DNA of 63,897 bases, the filler included, from Chiloscyllium plagiosum (lineage: Eukaryota): NCBI RefSeq assembly GCF_004010195.1. It is 6 parts of one record of this genome, joined end to end, with 100 filler letters (N's around TTAATTAATTAA, not from the genome) between each part and the next. Parts side by side here need not be neighbours in the genome. Positions count along the whole stretch, not along the records: positions 18,856 to 47,168 come from NC_057712.1; 5 more parts are not named here. The stretch is one strand, 5' to 3'. The position numbers and the translations under genes are program-made. Under the pieces are notes generated by a model. That model saw only the letters and a program-made list of their open reading frames with translations. It did no database searches and was not told the DNA's origin. Positions 26,050-38,189 of the stretch are shown in pieces. Each line of letters begins with the position of its first letter. Positions within the stretch are counted from its first letter, which is position 1.

Positions 26050-27960
26050 AGGAATGCATTTCACAATGATCCAGCAAAGTGAATCTAAAAAGATAATAAA
26101 GACAATCAATAAACAGTAAGGGTAAACTTACTGAAGAATATAAAAACTGACAGTAAGAGCTTTTTTAAATATATAAAAAGAGAGAGGTTGCCAAGTGAAT
26201 ATATGCCCCTTAGAAAATGATTCTGGAAGATTGTTATGGGAAACAAAGAAACTGCAAAGGAGTTAAACACATGGAAGATACTTTGAATAGGTGAAAGTGA
26301 GGTCTGCAAATGCTGGAGATTAGAGTTTAGATTAGAGTGATGCTGGAAAAGCACAGTAGGTCAGGCAGCATCCGAAGAGCAGGAAAATCGACATGTCGGG
26401 CAGGAGCCCTTCATCAGCAATGACGCTGGAAGCCTCAGAGGTGAAAAGACCAGAGAATACAGAAGAAGTTAAGTACAATCACAAAAGAAGTAGTACAAGA
26501 CAAACTAATGGGACTAAAGGCAAATAGGTTTCCTGGCCCTGATCCTAAGATCCTGAAAGAAATAACTAGAGAGATAGTGGATGCAGTGATTGTAATTTTC
26601 CATAAGATCCTTGAATTCTGGAGAAGTACCAGTGGATTGGAAAACTGCCAATGTGATTCTCCCATTCAAAAAAAAAGGGAGGCAAAAAAGCAGGTTACAA
26701 CAGGCCAATTAGCCTAACATCTATGCTTGGAAAATATTGGAATCAATTATTAAGGAAGTAATAGCAGCATATGTGGAAGACCATAATCTAATCAGAGTCA
26801 GCGTGGTTTCAGGAAAAGAAAATTGGGCTTAAACATTTTTTCTTTTTTTAAAAAAATACAAGTGATAATAAATGACTATTATAATCTGTATTAGGTTTTT
26901 GAGGAAGTGTCAACCACAGGAATCCAGTAGATGTGTTATATTTGGATTTCCAGCAACATTTGACAAGATCCCTCATAAAAGGTTAAGTCATAGATAAGAA
27001 CCCCTGGTGAACAAGGCAGTAAACGGATGTGCATCCACTGATGTTGAAGGCAGTGTATTGGTGTGGATCAAGAATTAGCTAAAGTGCAGAATATAGCAAA
27101 TGGGGAATAATGGGTTCCTTTTCAGGTTGGCAACTTGTAACCAGTGGGGTTCCACAGGAATCAATGCTGAACTGCAACTGTTTATAATGTATATTAGTGA
27201 ATTGGAAGAAGGAAGTGAATGCATGGTAGCTAATTTTACAGTTGACACAAAATAGGTAACTTAACTTGCCTTTCCACCTACGCACATAAAAAAAGTAGGC
27301 AAATGGAATATAATGCGGGGAAATGTAAAGTTGATCATTTGGGAAGGGAGGACAAAAGAACAGTATTATTTAAGTAGAGAAAAACTGCAGAACACTGCAA
27401 TATATAGGGACTTGGCAGTATTTGTGCATGAAATAAAATGCTGGCATACAGGCACAGCAGCTAATCAGGAATGCTATTGGAAAGTTGGCCCTTTAAGATG
27501 TTTGGAGGGTAAGAGTGGGGAAGTTTTGCTGAAACTATATAAGATGCTGGTGAGATCACACCTGGAATACTGTGATCAGTTTTGGTTCGCTTATTAAGAT
27601 ATCATTTCATTAGAGGCAGTTCAGAGAAGATTCACTATGATGTTCCCAGGTATGCAGGATCATTTTATGAACAAAGGTTGAACAGATTGGGACTCCACTC
27701 ACTAGAGTTAGAAGAATGAGAGGTGTTCTCATTAAAACATGTAGAATTCTAAAGGGGCTGGACAGAGTAAAGGCTGAGAGGATGCTTCCACTCATGGGAC
27801 AGTCTAGGACCAAAGGGTCTCAGAATAAACCATTTCTGAGATAGATAGGAGAAAGGGCACAAAAGTGGATGTGAGAAATGTCAGATTAATCATGATCCTA
27901 TTGAATGGTGGAGCAAGCTCAAGGGGCCGAATGGTCGATGGCTGTTTTTATTTCTTCTGG
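26050..27960 (+). mobile_element. Old CR1 LINE ORF2 remnant, with a PLE terminus at about 26310-26430
   Basis: GLKAN.FPGPD.KILKE (ORF 26508) and LYKMLVRSHLEYCDQFW (ORF 27313). Confidence 0.78.
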
Positions 27961-28943
27961 TCTGACAATATTTTGATTGAAAGACTTTAATCCATAAGCA
28001 TTATCTATCAGATAATGACTTCTTACTGGCAGTTAAGAAAAGGCACACTAGAAAATGATACTAAAATCGTTGTTTTTAATTCATTAAAAAAATTATTTCA
28101 TACAATGAGTGATGTTCTGGCGAGATCAGCATTTGTTATCCATCCTTAATTGCCCTTGGAAAGGTGGTGGTCAACCACCTGAAACAGTCCTAAGTAGGCA
28201 GGCCCACAAAATAGTTAGGAAGAATGTTTCAGAATTTTGATGAGTGACAGTGAAGGAATAACAATACTGTTTCAAGTTCAGATGGGGTGTGACTTGGAGA
28301 GGAACTCCCATGTATCTGTTACAAATGGCACAAAACTTGGATGAACTGTAAGCTGTGAGGAGAACAGTGTAGAGCTCTAGAAGGATATTTATCTTCAATG
28401 GTGTTTATAGAACTAAGGTGATATGGGCAGACATGTGGCAGATGAGTTTCAATGCAGATAAGTATGAGGTACACACTTTGGGAGGAAGGATATCGAAAGA
28501 TAATTGAAATAGAGGCTACAATGGGTGGACAAGTGAGGTGCAGGAGCAGAGGGACCTCAATGTACATGTGCACAGGCCACTGAAAGTATATACAGTATCT
28601 TCCCCTTTATTAACAGAAGCACAGAATACAAAAGCAAACAGGTGATGTTGAACTTTTGTAAGGCACCTGTTAGACGTCAACTAAAGTACTGGTGAACAGT
28701 GTGAGGATAGATTTAAGAAGTTGGGACTGTCCTCCCTAGAGAGAAAGCAGGTAAGAAGAGATCAGATGGAGGTTTTCAAAACCATGAGCAGTCTGCATAA
28801 AGTAAATAGGGAGGAACTTGCTCGTACTCTCATATGGCCTGATGTTGCACATATTACTTACACAATATCGTATAGTTTCTAGTACCAACTACTATAGACA
28901 AGGAGTAATTATCAGTTCTGTGGCATGTCTTCCCTAAGGTCAC

Positions 28944-29064
28944 TGTCTAGATTAGAGTGGTGCTGGAAAAGCACAGCAGTTCAGGCAGCATCTGATGAGC
29001 AGGAAAATCGACATTTCAGGCAAAAGCCCTTCATCAGGGTCTCCAGCATTGGCAGTCCTCACTT
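28944..29064. mobile_element. PLE-terminus mini-insertion (inverted arm plus short tail), 14-bp TSD
   Basis: ttccctaaggtcac at 28930-28943 and 29065-29078. The arm ends in gcccttcatcagg, a decayed hammerhead on the minus strand. Confidence 0.8.
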
Positions 29065-29838
29065 TTCCCTAAGGTCACAGGCTGATTAATACAAGTCTGA
29101 TCTTGTTGAAGAAGTGCTTTCAAAATTGCCCGAAGCATGTACTCAAAATGAAATCAGTTGTCAGATTCTACTCTGTGAAACGAAAAGCTTAATGCTAAGT
29201 AAATAAAGTATATAAACAATTAACAGAGCTTTTGTGATGCAGTGGTAGTTCCCTTAGCTCTGAACCAAGAGGTCGAGGTTCAAGTCTAACCTACTCCAGT
29301 GGTGGTAACATGTTCTGAAACTTGATTGAGGATATGTCTAATTGATTTAGAGGTCATCAAGCATACAACATGCTTTTGAGAGGGAGGGTAGACACAGGAA
29401 GGATATTCTTGATGGCAGGGTAGTTGAGAACCAGGATTCGCAGTCTAAGGATACAGGTTAAACCATTTAGGACTGAGACAAGAAGAAATTCCTTCACCCA
29501 GAGATTATGGAACTGTGGACCATAGGAAGCAAAGCTGAAACACTGTACAATTTCAAGGTGTTGGATATAGCACTTGGGACGAAATTGTTCAAAGGATATG
29601 GGGGAAAGCAGGAACAGACCATTGCATTGGATGATCAGCTGTGATCATAATAATGAGCAAACCAGACTCAAAGGCTTTTGCTCCTATTTTCTGTTTCCTT
29701 GTAATCAAAGTAAAGCCAAACTTTTAAACATGGATATCAATTACCAAGGTTTGTTTTCTAAATTATGGACATAAAAGTTATGTTTTCGACACAAAATAAA
29801 TCAGTCCTCAAATGTTCTTTTTAAGCTAGAACAACTTT

Positions 29839-30130
29839 GGGATGGCACGGCGGCATAGTGGTTAGCATTGCTGCCTCACAGCACCAGAGACCTAGGTTCA
29901 ATTCCCGCCTCAGGCGACTGACTGTGTGGAGTTTGCACATTCTCCCAGTGTCTGCGTGAGTTTGCTCCGGTTTCCTCCCACAGTCCAAAAATGTACAGGT
30001 TAGGTGAATTAGCCATGTTAAATTGCCCATAGTGTTAGGTGAAGGGGTAGAAGTAGGGGAATGAATTCGGCGGGTCGGTGTGGACTTGTTGGGCTGAAGG
30101 GCCTGTTTCCACACTGTAAGTTATCTAATC
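29839..30130 (+). mobile_element. HE1-type V-SINE
   Basis: Same tripartite structure as the other copies. Confidence 0.85.
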
Positions 30131-30218
30131 CAAACATGAAGTACAAAATCTTGGTGGTTTTGTGAAAGGATGCCTGTGCCAAATCAAAAAAGCGTATTCC
30201 AAACAATAAATGAGAAAA

Positions 30219-30374
30219 AGAGTCAGAAAATATGGTGCTGGAAAAGCACAGCAGATCAGGCAGCATCCGAGGAACAGGACAGTGACTAGGAGAAAGTGAG
30301 GACTGCAGATACTGGAGAAATCAGAGTCAGAAAACGTGGCACTGGAAAAGCACAGCAGGTCAGGCAGCTGTGAG
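30219..30374 (-). mobile_element. Two direct-tandem truncated PLE termini, 11-bp TSD
   Basis: gagtcagaaaa...ctggaaaagcacagcag.tcaggcagc occurs twice. aaatgagaaaa lies at 30208-30218 and 30375-30385. Confidence 0.7.
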
Positions 30375-30875
30375 AAATGAGAAAAGTTGCACAAATGTTT
30401 AAACTTTATCACTGCACCAGGCAGGTAAAAGCATGTCATAAAGGTGCACAGGTTTCCCCAAGATTTAAACCCAGTAGTCCACTATAACTACTACTACCAC
30501 TAGAAGGTTGACCTGCCCAGAGGTAACTTCTAATAGGAATCTATAACACTGCTGCAGGCATATTAATCTATGCTGCTCAGAGGGAAGGCCCCATATAATC
30601 TGGAAACAGAGACTTTAAGTCTCTGAATAGACAATCTATTACCTAATACAAAAAATAGCATATCATGGAATGACCAGCTGTTCTATAACTTGCAAGCTAA
30701 GGGGTCTAAATACTAAATTAATCTATTTTTTAAAATTGAACTCAGACATTGATTTCAACTGAAAATTTATAAAACAAACAGTTTCTTCTGCAACATAGTT
30801 ACTAATCTTTTATCTACTCAATTAACCTAATTTACTAAGTTAATGATGGTCATAAAGGAATAGAATAAGACCATT

Positions 30876-31308
30876 GTGTGATGCGGTCTCCTCTACACTG
30901 GGGAGACTGGATGCCTCCTAGCAGAGCGCTTTAGAGACCATCTCCAGGACACCTGCACCAATCAACCCCACCACCCTGTGGCCCAACATTTCAACTCCCC
31001 CTCCCACTCTGCCGAGGACATGCAGGTCCCAGGTCTCCTCCACCGCTGCTCCCTCACCACCCGACGCTTGGAGGAAGAATGTCTCATCTTCCGCCTCGGA
31101 TAACTTCAACCCCATGGCATCAATGTGGACTTCGCCAGTTTCCTCATTTCCCCTTCCCCCACCTCACCTTACAGCTCATCACCGACCCCATGACCGCCCG
31201 AAACATCGATTTTCCTGCTCCTCGGATGCTGCCTGACCTGCTGTGCTTTTCCAGCACCACTCTAATCTAGACTATGGTTTCCAGCATCTGCAGTCCTTGT
31301 TTTTATCC
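30876..31308 (+). mobile_element. Penelope-like element GIY-YIG 3' fragment and pLTR
   Basis: Nucleotide match to 24085-24370 (CGLLY.GET...AERFR.H...AQHFNSPSHS) and the terminal ccagcatctgcagtc. Confidence 0.85.
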
Positions 31309-31529
31309 ACTGACTGCTTGTTAGCTCTGTATAGAGCAATCCAATCAAATCAATTGCCCAGCTTTGTTCCCACAGCCTGACAAGTTTATTTCCTGTAAGT
31401 GCCTATCGAAATTTTTTTACAATATTGACCATCCTCCCCTAAATCATTCTTATAGCAAACCTGCTCTAGGTAATGACCACTTGAATCATGCATAAATATG
31501 AAATTTCTCACAAACCCTCTATATCTGTT

Positions 31530-32160
31530 TTTATTCTCTTGTAGGATGTGGGCGCTGCTAGCTGTCCAGCATTTCTTTCCCATCTTTAGTTGCTTGAGAA
31601 CGTGGAATTGAGCTGTCTTGTTGAACTGCTGCAATCCATGCATTGTAGGTAAACCTTGTCATTCTAGATGGAAGTGGGCATTGGTACAGAAGGTGCTGTC
31701 TTGAGGATCTTTAGCAGATTTCTGCAGTGCATCTTGTAGATTGTACAGTCTGCTGCTAATGAGCATTGGTGGTGGAGGGATTGGATGCTTGTTGACGAGG
31801 TGCTAATTAAGTGGGCTGTTTGGTCCTGGATAGTGTCAAGCTTCTTCAGTGTTGTTGGAGCAGCATTCATCCAAGCAAGTGCAGATATTCCATCAACTTC
31901 TGACTTCTGCCTTGCAGATGATGGACAGGCTTTGGAAATCAGGTGGTCAGTTACTTGCTGTAGTATTCCAACCCCCCTACTTGCTTTTGTAGCCACTGTA
32001 TTTATATAGCAAGTCTCCAACCAGCAAAGAGTTTGCCCCCTGATAGGGTTCTTTGATGCCACACTCAGTGAAATGTGGCCTTTATGTCAAGGGCTGTCAC
32101 TTTTACCCCACCTCTGGAATACAGCTCTTTTGTTTAATTTAAGGCTGTAATGAGGTTGTA
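31530..32160 (-). mobile_element. 3' end of a second CR1/L2-group LINE lineage
   Basis: AWMNAAPTTLKKLDTIQDQTAHLI...SLHHQC...CTIYKMHC (ORF 31664..32062). The same family occurs at about 51680-52360 (+), 2180-2440 (+) and 63130-63780 (-). Confidence 0.7.
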
Positions 32161-33684
32161 GCACTTACTAATGCTGTCACAGACGGATGCATCTGCAGCA
32201 TTCATGAACCAGGTCGGCCTTTTTCTGACAAACAGTAGTGGTTTCATGATTATCATTAGATTCTTAATTACAGTATTTATTGAATTTTAACTCCATCATC
32301 TTCTATTGCAGAGTGTGCAGCTAAGTTTCTAGAGTTATAGTCAAGCAATAATTCCACTAGACCATTGTCACACCCCATCTCTTACTCTCTCAAATCTAAG
32401 CCCCTGTAGTCTTTGTAGGGTTGGGTAAAAGGAACAGCTTTATCTAAAACTTGTACACATTAAGAAACAAAATTTCCTTATCTCTGGAACCTTTCTGGTA
32501 ATCTCATTCTCCATCTCAAGAAATCCCACTCCCATCATCCTAAAGCTTGGCCAGCACAAACGGCTATGATACTCTTGTTACAGTCAAACCAGACCATAAC
32601 AGGCAGGTGGTGGCCTAATGGTAACATCTCTAGATTAGTAATCAAGACTTCACTCTATTATTCTTGGGATATGGCCTCAAATCCCACTCATTGTCAAATT
32701 CAAATTCCACAACAAAAATCTGGAATTTAAAGCTTGTCTAATGACAACATTAATTGTTGTTAAAAAAAAACCTATCTAGTTCACTAATGTCTTTTAGAGA
32801 AGGAAATCTACCATCCTTATCTGGTCTGGTCTACCTGTAACCCCAGATCTACAGGAATATAGTTGACTGTTAGCTGTCAAGGAAGGGTAATAATTGTTGG
32901 CGTAGCCAGAAATCTCTATCTTCCATGAACAAATAAAAACAAAATTTAACTTGTGCCAATTCTTCATACTTCACTAGAGTGAAATGGAGTATCTTCTAGG
33001 CCATGTCAAATTGACAGAAGAAACATTAGTTTTTTCCTTGCTTACCAACTCTGACCGACAGAACTGTAGCCCAATGCATTTGTATCAAACACTAAATAAC
33101 CTCAACATTTCAGCATTATGTAATTCAATGCAGTTAGTACTTTTATCACAGGATGAAGTCCATACTAACAACAGAAAATGGATATGCCAAGCAAAGGACT
33201 AAGACAGTATTTCGCAAATTATTTTCCAATATGATCCCTTTTTAACCTTCTCAATAGCAATTGGGTATAGGCAACAAATGCTGGCTGTGCCCAATTCCAT
33301 GAAAATATAAACATTTCTAAATTTTGAAAATTAATTTTATTTCATGCCAGCAAAACCTAACAATAACAAAGCAGCACCATAACTTTCACTTCATAATTAA
33401 AATTCTGAAAACCTGTATTTTTAAAAATACTTTGTAATAAAATGTTATCATTTTATATACTCATGTAGGTTCAGCCAAACTCAAGCTGTCCATATAACAA
33501 ACACAGAACGCTCAAGAAACTCAGCAGGTCTGGCAACATCAGTGGAAAGAGAAACAGTCAGCATTTCTAGTTTGGTATGACTCCTCGTTGCCTGTATACC
33601 CTGGTAACTGAAGACACAGTGAAGCCCTCTCTCCATTGCCCCCTTCCCACATTACAAGCAGCCCTCTCTCCCCAGTCCAAATAC

Positions 33685-34275
33685 ACGGAGGGTTGTTTTT
33701 CAGACTGGAGGACTGTGACTAGTGGTGTTCCACATGGATTGATACTGCGTAACTTTTGTTTATCATTTATATAAATGTTTTGGATGAGAATACAGGAGGC
33801 ATGGTTAGTAAGTTTGCAGATGACACCAAAATTGGTTGTGCAGTGGACAATGAAAAAGATTATCTAAGATTACAAAGAGATCTTGATCAATTAGGTCAAT
33901 GGGCTGAGGGGTGGCAGATGGAGTTTAAATTTGGATAAATGGGAGGTATTACATTTTAGTAAAACAAGGGCAGGCTTATACAGTTAGTGGTAGGATCCTG
34001 TGTAATGTTGTAGAACAAAGAGACCTAGGTGAGAGGATAAAGTTTTAAAAAGAACATGAGGGGTAACATTGGAATGAACTGCCAGAGGAATTGGTAGATG
34101 CAGGCATAGTTACAGGATTTAAAGATGACATTTGTATAAATACATCAATAGGAAAGGTTTGGAGGGTTATGGGCCAAATGCAGACAAATGGGACTAGTTT
34201 AGCTTGGGAAACATGGTCAGCTTGGACTAGTTGGACCTAAGGGCCTGTTTCCATTCCAAATGACTTTACGACTCT
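33685..34275 (+). mobile_element. CR1 3' fragment with internal deletions
   Basis: VTSGVP, VSKFADDTKIG, WAEGWQMEF and the CR1 3' UTR. Confidence 0.82.
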
Positions 34276-35408
34276 ATATGGCACTTTCCCCAACCCTTTC
34301 TCCCAACTCCCACTCATCAAACCCTATTCAGAAACATCTCTCCTTTCCTGCCTGTTGAGCCTATGAAGAATTATGTTCCACTATCCTTCTCATTTGCTGC
34401 AAAGGCCTTCATCAATGGCCAAGTAGCATGCAGTGGGATCAGTGACAGAAGCCAGGGCCAGGCTGGGACAAGGCCAGCAACACTACCCCACTCAGCCCTA
34501 AAACAGTAGAAATTTCTCACCCTTAACTCTGTGTCAGCAACTCACTGAACAAAGCTCAGCTGCACAATCGCATTGTTTTCATTCTACAACTGTTGCTGTC
34601 ATTTGGATGAGGGCTTGCGATGTTCAGAGTTGGTAATCTACACCTCAGGCAAACCACAGCATTTTGGGGGTGGTTAACAAGAAATTTTGGCTTTCTGGTA
34701 TTGGGGAATAATAGATCAAAGGGGTGAAAAGGTACAGACATTTGAGAGAGTGCAACATGTTACATATCTATTGAACTCATGTCCCTGATACAGGGTTATG
34801 AACCAGCATTCCCAGTAGTTCGCTGCGTCGAAAATATGGTGAAAAGAGGTCAGATAGAACCCATGAAAACAAGATCAGCAAACTACAGAACATGAAATGC
34901 AATTAAAATTCTTATTCATTCTGTCTCCCAGCTCATTAATCATTGAGCAGATAGCACAATGCAGGGAATAAATTAATGTTTCTACTAACTTGCACATATT
35001 GCTGGTTGCTAATACCAATAGATCAGCACTGACTTTAGAATTTCATCATTAATCATGTCCCAGCATCTAGACATTTCCAAGTTCCCAGACCTCAAAAAGT
35101 TAAATAGGCCAAATGAGCAAGTAAGAACCTTAAGCTCAAACATTAATTAATATTCTTATTTCTGTGATGGAGAGGAAATTGAACCATAATCTTAGCTCAG
35201 GGTTGTATTGGAAGCTGTGATGTTAATAGTCATTATTCTCAATCTGGAACGTCATGTGAATATTTTTGGAACAGACAGTCTCTCTCACGAGTGAGAAGTC
35301 ACTGATAGTCAGGTGCCATATCTTCGAAAATACAAGCTTAATTTGAGGAAAAGCACCACTTCATTAATTTCCTGCCCTAAGATACTTTTACTGAATTTTC
35401 CAACTTAC

Positions 35409-35486
35409 TGCATAGCACCATCTTCCGAGTAGATGGTACAATTTGGGGTCCTGTGGTCTCAACTCAATTGCTTTGTCTATGTGATC
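35409..35486 (-). CDS. RMDN2: Internal coding exon (78 nt, phase 0 to 0) of the RMDN2-like gene
   Basis: Minus strand reads ttctttttatatatag|GAT CAC...TAT GCA|gtaagt, giving [26 protein letters not shown], the TPR-like RMDN motif EH.DKAI.L.P..P...LLGRWCY. In frame with both neighbouring exons. Confidence 0.93.
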
Positions 35487-36733
35487 CTATATATAAAAAG
35501 AACAATAAATGCAGCAACTATTAGTACATAAAATAAAGTGTAAACATAGTTTGAATCTAAAATCACACTTCGCAACTTAAAAAAATATGATTATTTTCTA
35601 TTCAAAATCTTTATTTAAAATTTCTTCTTTATCCATTTCCCATACTCCCTTTCTTTCCCATTGATAACAAAGCTTTGCAGAACTTGTGAACTTATTCTTT
35701 AAAGCCCCCTATTTTCATTCAGTTCTTAATTTTTCTTATTTTTTTTTTCCTTCAGTGACTTCAAGTAATCCTCCTTTCATAAGAACTGGAGTAGACTATT
35801 CAACTGTTGTGACTGCTCAGCCATTCAATTAAGTCATGGACTAATATATACCTTAATTTCCTCTGTTCTCTTTGCTTCATTACATCATAGCTAACAAGAA
35901 TTATTTACAAACTAGCTAAATGTATCTTGTTGAAAATCTCACTTAATTGGAAAGTGACTTTGAACAATTTTTATAGATTATCAACGATGATGCATTTTTG
36001 TTACTAATCATCAAGTCTTGCAGCACTTTCTAAAGGGTCATTGTTATCAGGTGGGATTTAAAAGCAAAAATTGGAAATGAAATTGCCTTTTTTTCTTAAG
36101 TTCCTAATCTTTCAGTCTGACAATAAGTATTTTATAATTTGGCATTTTTTAAAGAACATCATATCAGTTGTAAAATTTTGGATTGTATTATCTTGATAGA
36201 AACTAAGTAAAAATCCTATTAATAGGATTTTCTGGAATGTCAATTTTATGCCAGTATGGTGTAGGTTAAGCAGCATTTCTCACACGTGAAACTTATTGAG
36301 AAGCAACATTAAGTGAAACAAAATAACAGTTTTGACAAATAAAGTTCTGGCATATGCTGGTAAAGCTTTAGACCACAGAAATCAGAAACTGGCAAAACCA
36401 TTTAATGACTCTATCCTCTATCAATCAGTCTCTTGCTAAGAAACAGTCAATGAATAAATTCCACAATATGGCAAAGTTGCCTCTCATGAAAGATGAAGTC
36501 AATTCCCAAACAGGAGCAAAGCAGGGATGAAAGCCTGCTAAACATGACCACTGTTTTAAAAAAAAATATTCTTCGACATTCTTAAAAGGCCTGAGAAATG
36601 GAAAATTGAATTAATTATTGGAAGGTGCTCAATATTAAGTATTTGTATAATTTGGGAACAGCTCAATAAAGAAGATAAAGCTATTGAAAAGCAGGTTTTC
36701 TTACATGTCGTGAAAGTACAATGCCAAACTTAC

Positions 36734-36809
36734 TTTGAAAAGAGTGCCATTCTTGATTTTGGACTGTACACTTCCATATTCAGAAAGATGCCCACAAACA
36801 ATTGCAAGC
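36734..36809 (-). CDS. RMDN2: Internal coding exon (76 nt, phase 2 to 0) of a regulator of microtubule dynamics protein (RMDN/FAM82 family), most like RMDN2
   Basis: Minus strand reads tgcag|G CTT GCA...TTC AAA|gtaagt, giving (W)LAIVCGHLSEYGSVQSKIKNGTLFK. This resembles the recalled RMDN2/3 segment WYAVLCG..SE.E..Q.KI..G..FK. It lies inside ORF 36701..36892. Confidence 0.9.
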
Positions 36810-37283
36810 CTGCATATAACAAAAAAACAAGATACTGAGAACAATAAATGAAAAAGGATAGCTAAGCACAGGCACACAAATGAATGCGACAATCTGACAT
36901 TTTTTTCATAGGTTATCTACAGGCTCTATGTTACTATAACTTGGACATCTAACTTGTCAATATTTGAAAATTACCTTTTTTGATCAAACAATATTTCATT
37001 CCATTCATATCAAGCACCAGTTGGATTTGTTGGGTGGTTTTACAGCCAGATGCACTTCCTGCCATTAACTCTCCCCATATTTGGCCAGGCTTGGGACTGG
37101 AACCAATATCAGCTCACTAACTTACATTAATGTTTGAGAAGGATTATGATTGCCAAACAGACTGGAAATCTGGAGATATGCTAGGATTTATAAAGTCCTG
37201 AGAAGTAGGTATGGCTATTACAGAACATGAGCAATAAATGCCAAATAAGAAGCAGCAGCAGTGTTGGGGAAAATGAGTTTCAA

Positions 37284-37293
37284 ATACACAGAG

Positions 37294-37326
<33 letters not shown>

Positions 37327-37681
37327 TACCCGCTGCGCGTGAGAGAGAGAGACCCACTCACAGCAAGAGACCCACCCACAGAGAGAGAGAGAGAGAGAGA
37401 CAGAGACACAGACAGACAGACAGACAGACAGACAGAGAAGAACATACAGATAGACAGAGCGAGCAAGCGACAAACAGACAGAAGGAGAGACAGAGGGAGA
37501 GGGACAAACAGAGGGAGAGGGACAGAGACGGGGAGGAAGAGTGAGAGAGAGACAGACAGACAGACACATTCACAGAGAGAGAGAGAGAGACAGACAGAAA
37601 CACACATTCACAGAGAGAGAGAGAGACAGACAAATAGAGAGTTGCAAAGAGAGATGTAGAGAGAGTAACAGAGACACACAC
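37284..37681. repeat. Compound (GA)n/(GACA)n microsatellite
   Basis: About 400 bp of GAGA/GACA runs. It accounts for the low-complexity ORFs between 37144 and 37681. Confidence 0.95.
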
Positions 37682-38189
37682 AAAGTGCTGTAAGTGGTGG
37701 AGATTAGACCACCAGGAAGGTAAAAGGCCTAAGCCAAGATGAAATGATGTGGTGGCAATAAACTAACATAAACTAATATGATAAATTGACAAGTAGAATG
37801 GGAGAAGCTGAAGAAGAGAAACATTTATATTTACTCTCACTAAATGTCCAAATTTTCATAACTGGCCAGAATCCCCTGGTTCTGACCTATTCTTGCAGCA
37901 TAGTATTGATATGATTGGTCCAGCTAAATGTTACAATGGCAATCCCCAGGATCTTGATAGCTAGGTGCATTCAGCAATGGTAATTCTGTTGATTTTCTCT
38001 TTTGGAGAAGGTCATTGCTTGGCATGAATGTTATTTGCCACTTATTAGCCTAAGGTTGAATGTTGTCCAAATACTGCCACATGGTCACAGACAGCTTTAC
38101 TATTAGACAAGTTGTGAATGGTACTGAAGACTGTAAAATTATCGACAAACTTTTCCACTCTTGACTTGTGGTGGTCAAGGCCCTCCATG

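Noticed and set aside
29229..29300. tRNA-like sequences here and at about 51020-51090
   Set aside because: Only degenerate A/B boxes and no cloverleaf; they are best explained as SINE heads.
37144..37681. Overlapping 107-141 aa ORFs
   Set aside because: These are translations of a GA/GACA microsatellite.
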